The notes: generated from the sequence alone by a model not told the origin. A stretch of DNA of 64,000 bases from Candidatus Berkelbacteria bacterium (GCA_037143235.1 JBAWZC010000001.1:65132-129131), one strand, 5' to 3'. Counted from the first letter of the stretch, positions 39,678 to 48,878 are shown. Program-made: numbers and translations.

Positions 39678-40085
39678 TTATTTCTTTTTCTTTGGTAAAT
39701 ATTTATTATATTTCGATTCAATTGACTTTACTTTGGTCGTGATCGCAATAGTTTTTGTCATGATAGTGGCTTCAACAACCAGCCAGACAAAAAATACGAC
39801 GACAATCACATCCAAAACAATTCTAGCTGACAGATAGGGCAAATTTTCAGATCGGACGAAGGTATATATCAATCCGATCAGTCCCACCGTCATCAAGATC
39901 GTAAACAAGCGAGACAAAGTTTTCTTTATCTCCCCTTTCAAGAAAAACCACACACAGGCCAATACGACCAAAAGGCCAAAACACGATGAATACAGGATAG
40001 TCAGTAATGTCGAAGCTGGTGGTCGCGGATCCAACAACATGCTGGTCGTAAAATAACTAAACAAGTTTTGAAAAAAATCTGTCAT
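39678..40085 (-). CDS. Hypothetical membrane protein
   Basis: Three TM segments, basic C-terminus KYLPKKK. Confidence 0.75.
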   Translation of the reverse strand: MTDFFQNLFSYFTTSMLLDPRPPASTLLTILYSSCFGLLVVLACVWFFLKGEIKKTLSRLFTILMTVGLIGLIYTFVRSENLPYLSARIVLDVIVVVFFVWLVVEATIMTKTIAITTKVKSIESKYNKYLPKKKK

Positions 40086-40109
40086 GTTTGATTCTCGTGA
40101 TTCCAATTG

Positions 40110-40196
40110 TGGTGCCGGGAACAGGACTTGAACCTGCAAGCTTTTTACAGCACAGCCACCTCAAGGCTGCGAGTTTACCAATTTCTCCATCCCGGC
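40110..40196 (-). tRNA. tRNA-Leu(GAG)
   Basis: GCCGGGA/TCCCGGC acceptor, CAGCC-TTGAGGT-GGCTG anticodon arm, GGTTCAAGTCC, CCA. Confidence 0.92.
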
Positions 40197-40793
40197 AATA
40201 ATTGCTTTTTCAAACTTATCTTTTTTTCTTGTCAAAAATATCCGAGCGTTTTTATACATATTTTGATATATGACAAATGATGCTTTTTTTGCAAATGTCA
40301 GCTGAAAAACACTACCAGATTTTTTAATTTTTCCTCGAACATGCAGAAGATCCTCAATAGTGTCCCTAATCCACTCCAGATGAGTCCTGCTGGCACTAAT
40401 AAATTGAGTATATATCATATAACTACTCTTCCACCGTTTATCCCAATAAGAATAACTCGAACCATCTCCGTCGAAGCAGCCACGCAAAAAATGAAGAAAA
40501 TATTTATCTGGCACCTTGATAATTCCAATCGTCTTCGATTTATTGGGGGTTAATCCGATAGTCAACATCCACCGATATAAAGCAACATCGCTAAATTGAA
40601 TTCTCGGGTACATCCGACCACAACCTCCAACTTTCCAAGTTATCTTATGATCAGCTGACAAACATTTATTAAAGTTTTCTAGCTGTTCAATATCTTTTGA
40701 AGTCAAATCCAAATGGCGACCATCCCTTGAAAGATTGCCATCTGTTACCATCAAACCAACTGCATATGCTATTTTAGACGACCACCTTGGCAT
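40161..40793 (-). CDS. Free-standing double-motif LAGLIDADG endonuclease
   Basis: AYAVGLMVTDG and HFLRGCFDGDGS motifs; last 36 nt overlap tRNA-Leu(GAG). Confidence 0.9.
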   Translation of the reverse strand: MPRWSSKIAYAVGLMVTDGNLSRDGRHLDLTSKDIEQLENFNKCLSADHKITWKVGGCGRMYPRIQFSDVALYRWMLTIGLTPNKSKTIGIIKVPDKYFLHFLRGCFDGDGSSYSYWDKRWKSSYMIYTQFISASRTHLEWIRDTIEDLLHVRGKIKKSGSVFQLTFAKKASFVIYQNMYKNARIFLTRKKDKFEKAIIAGMEKLVNSQP

Positions 40794-40918
40794 AGTTGTC
40801 CAAATCTCAAGATAATAGTGTCTACCACTATTTTAACAAATAAAGACAAGTTGTAAAAGTGCTATTTGATGGAATTGGCTCCATTTTGAAAAAACCGTTG
40901 CTTGAATTATGTCAAGCG

Positions 40919-40994
40919 TGGTGCGCGCTGAGGGGCTCGAACCCCCGACATCCTCGGTGTAAACGAGGCGCTCTACCAACTGAGCTAAGCGCGC
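40919..40994 (-). tRNA. tRNA-Val(TAC)
   Basis: GCGCGCT/AGCGCGC acceptor, CCTCG-TTTACAC-CGAGG, GGTTCGAGCC, CCA. Confidence 0.95.
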
Positions 40995-41163
40995 ATATAA
41001 ACAAAAAATCGGGCTTCAGCCCGAGTAATTTTTACACTATTCAAGCTGGTTTAATGATTTTTATAAATATAATATATCAAATAAAATCAATACTGTCAAA
41101 GTCGAGAAAAAACCTATTCTTTTCTTGGTGTGGCACTGAGCGTCGCTTATACCACACTAAGCA

Positions 41164-41248
41164 TGGTGCCGAAGGCGGGATTTGAACCCGCAATCCGTGA
41201 GGAACACGGCTCTGAACCGTGCGCGTATACCAATTCCGCCACTTCGGC
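41164..41248 (-). tRNA. tRNA-Leu(CAG)
   Basis: GCCGAAG/CTTCGGC acceptor, CACGG-TTCAGAG-CCGTG, long variable arm, CCA. Confidence 0.93.
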
Positions 41249-41253
41249 AATAA

Positions 41254-41490
41254 TCAAATTCTTTTTTTTAAATAGGCTCTGCCAAATCCAGTCTTCAATG
41301 ATTTTTCTCTCGAGATTGCTTTTTCTCTGCTCAGACATGCCTCGTAATACACCAACTTGAAAGGAATTCTGTCGCTCGTTGATTTCACCTTGCCAGCATT
41401 ATGTTCTTCCACTCGTCCTTTCAAATCATCAGACCACCCGATATACAAATCGTTATCTCGCAAACTCTTTAATACATAAGTGTAATACAT
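41254..41490 (-). CDS. Small GIY-YIG nuclease (SLX1-like)
   Basis: MYYTYVLKS...LYIGWSDDLKGRVEEHNAG...REKSLKTGFGR. Confidence 0.92.
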   Translation of the reverse strand: MYYTYVLKSLRDNDLYIGWSDDLKGRVEEHNAGKVKSTSDRIPFKLVYYEACLSREKAISREKSLKTGFGRAYLKKRI

Positions 41491-41499
41491 AGCCTTATT

Positions 41500-41599
41500 A
41501 TATTCCATTTCACCCGCCTGCAAAAGCTGCTGCTTTAGCAATGCCTGCCAGCAATCGCTTTGCGATAGCAATGCAGGCTGGCGGGCAGGCCATTCGCCC
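41500..41599 (-). pseudogene. tRNA-Leu-like 5' fragment interrupted by a nested hairpin element
   Basis: GGGCGAATGG[77-bp CCTGCCCGCC...GCAGGCGGG]TGAAATGGAATA, compared with GGGCGAGTGGTGGAATGGTATA. Confidence 0.6.
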
Positions 41600-41617
41600 A
41601 TAAACAAATAAAACTCT

Positions 41618-43141
41618 CTACAAATCGCTGACTTTTTTCACTCGCTTCTCCATGATGTACCAATTACTGATATCTGCAAATCTTGATCCAGGGATATTAC
41701 CACGGACATCAGCAACAGCCTTGATCTCACTTTTGACAAAATATTTATACTTAATTGGATCAAAAGTCTGATACAGATACTCACTCTGAAGCTTGGCATA
41801 AATCTGATCGTATTTGGCATTTCGCGCGTTCACATCGAGCAACATTCGCGCATCTTCGATCAGAATATCTGTCGCCTTGTCGCTATATCCAGAAAAGTTT
41901 TTCAGATCCTTCTGTGATGAATGCCAGAAAGCGTACGGGTCTCGATCGTAGCCTCGGTCATAGCCATAGACAAGTAGCTCGAAGTCTTTGCTATTAATTG
42001 CCGCCTGATAGTCTTGCAGGCTGAGATATCGAACTTGAATTGACACATTCTTTTTCTGCAGCGCAGCTTTCTCTTTCTCGGCCACAGCCCTCTGAATATC
42101 ATTGTCCTGTGCCGTGATTGTAAAAGTAGCCTTTGCATCAAAATCAGTCTGCCCAAAAAGTTTTTCACGTCCTGCTTTTGTCGAAAGGCTGGCTTTGCGC
42201 GTGTTGGCAAATAAAATCAACTCTTTTTGCGAATTATAGCTACGATCGATTGCGTCCTTCGCCTCAGCTCCAAATATGGCCGACACGGCTCTATTTTTGC
42301 CAAATGCTGCCACAGCGCTAGCTTCAGTTGTATAGAGATCAAAGGTAAGTTTCTGAATATATGGTGCTACACCATAATAATTACTATTTGACTGAAGCTG
42401 AACCTGTGTAATCTTGTTGTCAGTCTGGATACCCTTGGTAAATTTATATTTACCAGCCCCCGTAAACCGCTTAGAAAAAGTAACAGGATCAACATTGGCC
42501 GGAATTATGCCAAAATTACAATTATAAATAAATGGTCCGTACGAATTTGGCAAGTTAAAAGTGACCGAATTTTGATCCAGATCATAAGATACTGTCACGC
42601 CCTTTAAGTTCGCGGCCAGCGGACTTTTCAGAGAGTCAGAGAGAATATTGGAAACTGTATATGACACATCGGACGGCGAAAGTGGTGTGCCATCGTCAAA
42701 AGTAATACCGTTTCGTAGGTAAAAAGTATATGTCTTCTCGTCTTTGCCTATCTCCCAGCGCTCAGCCAGATCCGGCAATATTTCACCATTAGAACCAACT
42801 GAAATCAGCCCTGGGAAAATCAATGACGAAATAGACTTTTCGGCGTCAGTAGTGACCAAGACTGGGTTTAAGGTTTTGACCTCGCCAACCATCGCCTCTT
42901 CGTACACACCACCAACGATCGGCACGGCAACAGTTCGATAAAGATAGCTTCGATAGATCAAGAAAACACCCAAGGCTACCGCCAGAGCAGTCAAAAGAAC
43001 AGCAATCACTCTCTCCCACATTGGCATCAGCTTGAAGCTTATAGCCAATCTTTTGAAAAATTTACCAATATTATAAGCAGAATTTCGAATGAAATTCCCG
43101 ACTAATTCAAAAATAACCTGAATTTTGGTTTTGTTCGACAT
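41618..43141 (-). CDS. Peptide ABC transporter substrate-binding protein (family 5)
   Basis: TLNPV, PDLAERWEI.KD.KTYTFYLR.GITFDDGTPL, FWHSSQ...NFSGY. Confidence 0.88.
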   Translation of the reverse strand: MSNKTKIQVIFELVGNFIRNSAYNIGKFFKRLAISFKLMPMWERVIAVLLTALAVALGVFLIYRSYLYRTVAVPIVGGVYEEAMVGEVKTLNPVLVTTDAEKSISSLIFPGLISVGSNGEILPDLAERWEIGKDEKTYTFYLRNGITFDDGTPLSPSDVSYTVSNILSDSLKSPLAANLKGVTVSYDLDQNSVTFNLPNSYGPFIYNCNFGIIPANVDPVTFSKRFTGAGKYKFTKGIQTDNKITQVQLQSNSNYYGVAPYIQKLTFDLYTTEASAVAAFGKNRAVSAIFGAEAKDAIDRSYNSQKELILFANTRKASLSTKAGREKLFGQTDFDAKATFTITAQDNDIQRAVAEKEKAALQKKNVSIQVRYLSLQDYQAAINSKDFELLVYGYDRGYDRDPYAFWHSSQKDLKNFSGYSDKATDILIEDARMLLDVNARNAKYDQIYAKLQSEYLYQTFDPIKYKYFVKSEIKAVADVRGNIPGSRFADISNWYIMEKRVKKVSDL

Positions 43142-43143
43142 AT

Positions 43144-43365
43144 TTAGACGACAAAAACTAGAGCAAGAGCATTTAAGCAGAACAACACCGCGACCACGAT
43201 AGTTGCATTAAATAGAAACTTCTCGATCCCTCGTCGAGATCGATAGACATTGCCTTCGCCACCAAAAGCAGCCCCGAGCCCAGAACCACGCTGCTGGAGC
43301 AAGATAAAGAAAACAACAAGAACGGCCAAGACAATTTGAATAATTTGTAAGAGATTTGTAAGCAT
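43144..43365 (-). CDS. secG: Preprotein translocase subunit SecG
   Basis: ILLQQRGSGLGAAFGG...RRGIEKFL; two TMs. Confidence 0.93.
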   Translation of the reverse strand: MLTNLLQIIQIVLAVLVVFFILLQQRGSGLGAAFGGEGNVYRSRRGIEKFLFNATIVVAVLFCLNALALVFVV

Positions 43366-43448
43366 TGGTTTGATAAAGAATATTACAAAGCTAGCGTTTT
43401 TGCAAGTTTGTGCTTACAATTCATTCACATTTTTGCTACAATCGCCGC

Positions 43449-44459
43449 ATGACCACAGATTTTTACCAATATCTCGAAAGTATGACATCGCTTCGTCGCA
43501 AACAGATGAAAACGGCTATTTTTGTCAATCTGATCGACCAAGTTTCGGAGATTACCACCCTCTCAAAATTTGAACGAGAAAAAATTTCCTCCGAACTCGA
43601 GATCACCCCGTTTACTCTCGAAAAAGAACAAAAATCTACTGACGGCTCGACCAAATGGGCACTAAAACTTGCTGACGGCCACATCATCGAGACAGTCCTG
43701 CTGGAATTTCGCGACGGTCGCAACACCGTCTGCATCTCCTCACAGGTTGGTTGTGCCTCAGGCTGCCTCTTTTGTGCCACCGGACAGCTCGGCTTTACTC
43801 GCAATCTGACCAGTTGGGAGATCGTCAGTCAGGTTCTATTTGCCGCACGATATTTGAAAAAGAAAAAAGCTGAAGACTTCCGCCTGACCAATGTCGTCTT
43901 CATGGGCATGGGCGAGCCACTCCTGAACTTGGATAATGTGCTATTTGCTATCAAAGAATTAAACGATCCCGACTATTTCAATCTTGGCCGCCGCCATATG
44001 ACAGTTTCCACCTGTGGTGTAATCAACAATTTACAGAAATTCATCGAGGCTGATACCGGCACAACTCTGGCCATTAGCTTGCACGCGCCAAATCAAGCAC
44101 TTCGAGAGAAACTAATGCCGATTGCTCGTGCTCATCCGCTCGACCAGCTGATCAAAACTCTAGATAATTTTGTTCGCCAGACCAAGAAACGTGTCAGCTA
44201 CGAATATCTCCTCTTGGACGGGATCAATGATAGCGAAAAAGAAGCCAACGAACTAGTCTCGCTCTTTCGCCAGAGGCTTGTCTTTATCAATCTCATCACC
44301 TTCAATCCGATCGGCAGCACCAACTTCAAGCCGACGCCACGAGATCGAGCCGACCGTTTCAAATCAATTTTAGAAAAAAATAATATCCCTGTGACCGTCC
44401 GTGTCAGCCTCGGCGATGAAATCTCTGCCGCCTGCGGCCAACTCGCAGGGGAAAAATAA
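43449..44459 (+). CDS. rlmN: Dual-specificity RNA methyltransferase RlmN
   Basis: CISSQVGCASGCLFCATG, FMGMGEPL, ISLHAP, AACGQL. Confidence 0.95.
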   Translation: MTTDFYQYLESMTSLRRKQMKTAIFVNLIDQVSEITTLSKFEREKISSELEITPFTLEKEQKSTDGSTKWALKLADGHIIETVLLEFRDGRNTVCISSQVGCASGCLFCATGQLGFTRNLTSWEIVSQVLFAARYLKKKKAEDFRLTNVVFMGMGEPLLNLDNVLFAIKELNDPDYFNLGRRHMTVSTCGVINNLQKFIEADTGTTLAISLHAPNQALREKLMPIARAHPLDQLIKTLDNFVRQTKKRVSYEYLLLDGINDSEKEANELVSLFRQRLVFINLITFNPIGSTNFKPTPRDRADRFKSILEKNNIPVTVRVSLGDEISAACGQLAGEK

Positions 44460-44557
44460 CTCTCACAAAACAAACTGACCACCCCGAATAACGAGGTGGT
44501 CGTGGTTTTTTGTAATTCATCGAAACTGCCGAGTAAGTGCCGACAATTTCTCCCTTT

Positions 44558-44585
44558 TGTCATTCCCGCGCAGGCGGGAATCCAC
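44558..44585 (+). repeat. Single TGTCATTCCC-N8-GGGAATC palindrome
   Basis: TGTCATTCCCGCGCAGGCGGGAATCCAC; one mismatch to 5857-5881. Confidence 0.85.
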
Positions 44586-44600
44586 AAATAGTTCTCCCCC

Positions 44601-45062
44601 TCAGAATCCAAAGATCGCCTTGGCGAGGAGAAATAACCCCGCTCCTCCAAGTGCGACCAAGAACATCCAAAGCAATATCCGCCAAAAATTGACGAAAATC
44701 CAGGCCACTGATTGGCCAACAATCAGAATAACATTAGTCAGTGCCCACGCCACAAGCGTGTAGGGCAATAACCCCCACACAAAAAACCAGAAAAAAATCC
44801 AATCCAATTTGTCCTCCGGCCATGTTTTGTCTTTGATCTGCCGGACTACCATCGCGACCGCAATAAGGATTATTACATATCCAATCTGACCCATAGCCCA
44901 TCGATGATAAACAGTCACCGATGGTGCCAATAACGACATGATCGATCCGAGAAGTCCAAGCGTGGTTGCCAACACGAGAAGAACAGTCCAAAGAAGAAGA
45001 ATGGCGTTACCATGGTTGTAGGTTTCCCTAGTAACAACTTCTTTTAAAGAAAGAATCTTCAT
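44601..45062 (-). CDS. Hypothetical membrane protein
   Basis: Four hydrophobic segments; GGAGGG RBS before MKILS. Confidence 0.65.
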   Translation of the reverse strand: MKILSLKEVVTRETYNHGNAILLLWTVLLVLATTLGLLGSIMSLLAPSVTVYHRWAMGQIGYVIILIAVAMVVRQIKDKTWPEDKLDWIFFWFFVWGLLPYTLVAWALTNVILIVGQSVAWIFVNFWRILLWMFLVALGGAGLFLLAKAIFGF

Positions 45063-45280
45063 TTTTCCCTCCTTGCGTAAAACCCGCCGGCCAGCTTTGA
45101 ATGTCAAAGTGCACACTATCTAGCACTATTGTTAGATAGAATTGGATTGAAAAATCCTATTTCTTAGATACCACAAAACACTCTTAAAAGCAATGAACCA
45201 AGGCCAAAAATTTACGACCCACATTTTGCAACGATTACCAAAAAGTCAATATTTTTAGGATTATTCTGTTATTTTTTTCC

Positions 45281-45316
45281 AAGAAAAAAGCCCCAACATA
45301 ATTGGGGCGTTTTTCT
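45281..45316 (-). terminator. Intrinsic terminator after tRNA-Cys and tRNA-Gly
   Basis: GCCCCAA...TTGGGGC hairpin flanked by A/T runs. Confidence 0.7.
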
Positions 45317-45390
45317 TGGAGCGGGTAACGGGAATCGAACCCGTTTCTCGTCCTTGGCAAGGACGCATAATACCGGTATACTATACCCGC
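45317..45390 (-). tRNA. tRNA-Gly(GCC)
   Basis: GCGGGTA/TACCCGC, CGTCC-TTGCCAA-GGACG, GGTTCGATTCC, TCCA. Confidence 0.93.
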
Positions 45391-45398
45391 AAAATCAA

Positions 45399-45472
45399 TG
45401 GAGGCCTGGTCGGGAATCGAACCCGACTACGCGGTTTTGCAGACCGCTGCCTAACCTCTCGGCCACCAGGCC
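45399..45472 (-). tRNA. tRNA-Cys(GCA)
   Basis: GGCCTGG/CCAGGCC, GCGGT-CTGCAAA-ACCGC, GGTTCGATTCC, TCCA. Confidence 0.95.
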
Positions 45473-45474
45473 AT

Positions 45475-45738
45475 TTATTTGACTGACAAATAACTGGCTA
45501 ATTGTTTTTTCAAAAATCTGCGACCAGATCCACTTTTTAGAAATTTCTCTCTTCCCAGAGCGTCTCTCTTGTCAAGATAACTTTCGGAATAAATCAACTT
45601 CCAACATCCTTGCTTCCGACCGGTATAATCACCGCCGATCTTGCTATTATGTTCCGTCAATCTGCGATCGATATCAGTCGTAAATCCTGTATACCAAGAC
45701 TTATCGATCGAATTCTCAATCAGATAAACGAAAAACAT
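45475..45738 (-). CDS. Small GIY-YIG nuclease (SLX1-like)
   Basis: MFFVYLIENS...WYTGFTTDIDRRLTEHNS...REKFLKSGSGR; GGAGG RBS. Confidence 0.92.
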   Translation of the reverse strand: MFFVYLIENSIDKSWYTGFTTDIDRRLTEHNSKIGGDYTGRKQGCWKLIYSESYLDKRDALGREKFLKSGSGRRFLKKQLASYLSVK

Positions 45739-45910
45739 GCTTCCCTCCGTTTCAACATTCGGCCGCACCACGTGAAAATCTTGTTTTCCAAGACTCGGTT
45801 TTCGGCAGTGCCACGTGAATCGAGCCATTTCGGAGATTAAAAGCCCCGTAAAACTCACTCCGTTCGCCACGGGACACGTAAAAATCTCGCTGAAGCACTC
45901 GATTTTTACG

Positions 45911-45947
45911 TGGTGCCGATGGTCAGAATTGGACTGACGACACAAGG
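45911..45947 (-). pseudogene. 3' half of a split tRNA-Phe
   Basis: CCTTGTGTCGTCAGTCCAATTCTGACCATCGGCACCA; acceptor strand pairs with 46124-46130. Confidence 0.85.
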
Positions 45948-46008
45948 CCCCGAAAAACAAATCTTTGATTTGTATCGGGGTAAAATTTTCAACTTGCCCC
46001 GTAAAAAT

Positions 46009-46083
<75 letters not shown>

Positions 46084-46100
46084 CAATTTTTTTTACGGGG

Positions 46101-46130
46101 TCCTCTGCTCTACCACTGAGCTACATCGGC
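46101..46130 (-). pseudogene. 5' half of a split tRNA-Phe
   Basis: GCCGATGTAGCTCAGTGGTAGAGCAGAGGA. Confidence 0.85.
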
Positions 46131-46302
46131 ATATTCGAAACAATATCTCGTAACATCCAGCTTCACGAAACTAATACTACCAAAAACTAGTTCATTCGTA
46201 AAGATTGCAAATCACAAAAGAATCGAATACATTATTGTTAAGATAAAAAAGATAATTAATCACGCTATTTTGCCCATGAATGGGTCAGGTAGCCAATACA
46301 AT

Positions 46303-46626
46303 ATGAGCAAGAAGAAACACAATAAGTTCAAAAAGAAACAACAAGCAATCACAGTCAAGGAAACTACCCAACCAGAGGCGATCAGTTCTGGCGATGAGTT
46401 GATCATGAGCAAAACGATCACCAAAGAGCTCGCTGTTGAGGCCGAAAACGAGATCGTAAACGGGCATGATTACAGCTATGTCAAAAAAGATCTCAAAAAA
46501 ATTGGCATCGTCCTCGCAATACTGGTAATTTTATTTGTCAGCTTCTATATTCTCGGTATCAAAACAAATCTTTTAAATGCTTTTGGTGACTGGATTTACA
46601 AGATACTTCACATCAACATCTCGTAA
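46303..46626 (+). CDS. Hypothetical membrane protein
   Basis: Basic N-terminus, YSYVKKDLKKI followed by a TM. Confidence 0.7.
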   Translation: MSKKKHNKFKKKQQAITVKETTQPEAISSGDELIMSKTITKELAVEAENEIVNGHDYSYVKKDLKKIGIVLAILVILFVSFYILGIKTNLLNAFGDWIYKILHINIS

Positions 46627-46641
46627 GCAATCTCTCTCAGC

Positions 46642-48177
46642 TCAATATGTCTTTTCTTTCGGCCGATACTGCAGCGCCTCAGAGATATGTTCTATTTTAA
46701 TATTTTCGCTGCTATCGAGGTCAGCAATAGTTCGAGCTAATTTCAAAAGTCGATGATAAACACGACCAGACAGCTTCATGCTGTCAACGGCCTGAGCAAT
46801 CAATTTTTCAGCTTCGGCCTCGAGTTTGCAATAATTTTTGATATCTTTGGCTCCCATATCAGAATTTGACTTTATCTTGGTGTCGATAAATCTTTTTCTC
46901 TGCACCTCTCTCGCCTGCTCAACTCTGGCCCTGACAATATCGGACGATTCGGCAACTATATCTGAGGCCAATTTCTCATATTTAATTCTTGGCACCTCGA
47001 TATGAATATCGATACGATCGATGATCGGCCCAGAAATCTTTTTTTGATATCGCATGATCTGAGTCGGCGTGCAGATACAGTGCTTCTCCGGATCTGACAT
47101 ATAGCCACAGGGACAGGGATTTTGCGCCGCAACCAACAAGAATTCGGCTGGAAAAGTCAAACTGCCAGTTGCGCGAGAAACAGTCACGACACCGTCCTCA
47201 AGTGGCTGTCGCAAAGCCTCTAAAACAGACCGTGGAAATTCGGGAAATTCATCAAGGAAAAGTACACCTCGATGGGAGAGACTTATCTCACCTGGACGAG
47301 GCCAACTACCTCCACCAATCAAGGCAACGCCCGAAGTAGTGTGATGAGGCGATCGGAACGGTCGGACTTCAACCAATCCTTCATCCCCTCTGAGCATCCC
47401 CGCGACCGAATATATTTTCATCACTTCCAGCACTTCATCGTCATCCATACTCGGCAAAATAGTCGCCAAACTACGAGCCAGCAATGTTTTGCCGGATCCG
47501 GGAGGCCCAGAAAGCAAGATATTGTGGCCACCGGCAGCCGCAATTTCCAAGGCTCTCTTGGCTTGTTCCTGACCAGAAACATAGGCGAGATCAAATTCTG
47601 CTTTCTCGGAGCTCGTCTCCTTGCGTCTTTTGTGCGCAACATAAGGTTTAACCCTGGCTTCATTTCGCAAATGTGCCACCAGCTCTTTCAACGACTTGAC
47701 TGGTACGACCTCGACCCCTTTAATCAAACTCGCCTCCTCGGCATTGACCGCAGGTAAAAATATTTGCGTGTAGCTCTTTTCAGCCGCGAACATTGTGATC
47801 GGTAATATCCCGTTTACATGTCGAAGCTCTCCGTTCAGCGAAAGTTCACCGACAAAGAGAGAATTTTTCAGCTCATCGTTGTCAAGTATTTGTTCCCCAG
47901 CCGCGAGTATGCCAACGGCCATCGGTAGATCAAAGCTCGGTCCCTCTTTTTTCACATCAGCAGGTGCCAGATTTACCGTCAAGCGATGCTGCGGAAACAT
48001 CAACCCAGAGTTCTTGATCGCTGCCCTGATCCTTTCCTTACTCTCGTCAATCGCTTTGTCGGGCAGCCCGACGATTGTGAAAGCCGGCAGACCAGCGCCA
48101 ATATCAACTTCCACATCTACCAAATACGAATCTAGTCCTACCGTCGCCGCCGAAAACACCTTTGAAACTTGTTTCAT
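46642..48177 (-). CDS. comM: YifB/ComM Mg-chelatase-like AAA+ ATPase
   Basis: VGLPDKAI.ES.ER, NLAPAD, GPPGSGKT, PFRSPHHT, FLDEFPEF, NPCPCG. Confidence 0.95.
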   Translation of the reverse strand: MKQVSKVFSAATVGLDSYLVDVEVDIGAGLPAFTIVGLPDKAIDESKERIRAAIKNSGLMFPQHRLTVNLAPADVKKEGPSFDLPMAVGILAAGEQILDNDELKNSLFVGELSLNGELRHVNGILPITMFAAEKSYTQIFLPAVNAEEASLIKGVEVVPVKSLKELVAHLRNEARVKPYVAHKRRKETSSEKAEFDLAYVSGQEQAKRALEIAAAGGHNILLSGPPGSGKTLLARSLATILPSMDDDEVLEVMKIYSVAGMLRGDEGLVEVRPFRSPHHTTSGVALIGGGSWPRPGEISLSHRGVLFLDEFPEFPRSVLEALRQPLEDGVVTVSRATGSLTFPAEFLLVAAQNPCPCGYMSDPEKHCICTPTQIMRYQKKISGPIIDRIDIHIEVPRIKYEKLASDIVAESSDIVRARVEQAREVQRKRFIDTKIKSNSDMGAKDIKNYCKLEAEAEKLIAQAVDSMKLSGRVYHRLLKLARTIADLDSSENIKIEHISEALQYRPKEKTY

Positions 48178-48375
48178 AGCACGAAACTATTTATTTACTT
48201 TTCTAATAAATATTTAGTAAAAATACTCTCCTAATTTTAAACATTTCCGCGACAGAAGTAAACAAACAGCGAGACTTGTCCACAATTTTCAAATCTTGAC
48301 CACTACACCACAAAGTGGTAAAACATTATACATCATGACTCTGAATATGCAGAGCATGACGGAAGGTGGTCAAAA

Positions 48376-48831
48376 ATGACAGAAACTAGTTTCAAAGAAG
48401 ATGGTCACCAAATCGATGGGCTGGCTCGCTTTCTAGCAGAGGCACTAGAGGCTACAACCAGCACGGAGCACAGGCACGAGATGGTTCTTTCTGCGGCGAG
48501 AAATATCGCCAAGCTGAATATCTCACTCGAGAACAAGGTCAGATTGACCAAAATTCTCAACTGTTCGTCAAATTTGAAAGCCGAGTTCATCGCTCTGGCT
48601 TCCAAAGACCTCGCTGAAATGGCTGCAATCATCAAAGCAGCAGAAGCAGGGGTCTGTTCACAAGGTGCCCTCGTGTGGCACATCGGTGATGACGCAATGA
48701 AGGCATCACTGATCTCGAGTTTGGGAAAAGGAAACCCGTCGAAGACGGACTACTTGATCACCCTGATCGCAGGAAGTGATAAACGCAAAAGAAGAACAAT
48801 TAGGCAGCTAACAGCTGCTTACCAGAACTAA
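48376..48831 (+). CDS. Hypothetical protein
   Basis: 151-aa ORF with RBS-like GGAAGG and a downstream hairpin. Confidence 0.6.
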   Translation: MTETSFKEDGHQIDGLARFLAEALEATTSTEHRHEMVLSAARNIAKLNISLENKVRLTKILNCSSNLKAEFIALASKDLAEMAAIIKAAEAGVCSQGALVWHIGDDAMKASLISSLGKGNPSKTDYLITLIAGSDKRKRRTIRQLTAAYQN

Positions 48832-48834
48832 TCC

Positions 48835-48878
48835 GAGTGGAGAGGTTTGCACCATGCATTCCTCTCCGCTTTTCGTTT
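48835..48878 (+). terminator. Probable intrinsic terminator
   Basis: AGTGGAGAGG...CCTCTCCGCT followed by TTTCGTTTT. Confidence 0.6.

Noticed and set aside
40161-40793. Intein-encoded LAGLIDADG (also 60163-60798)
   Set aside because: No host extein and no N-terminal Cys/Ser or C-terminal His-Asn splicing motifs.
41490-41607. N-terminal extensions of GIY-YIG ORFs in the ORF track (also 36634-36708, 45739-45960, 28030-28074)
   Set aside because: They are translations of tRNA fragments and palindromes; the domain begins at the downstream Met.
45748-45770. Possible plus-strand tRNA 3' end (TTCAACATTCGGCCGCACCA)
   Set aside because: No T-stem pairing or matching 5' half; too short to support.
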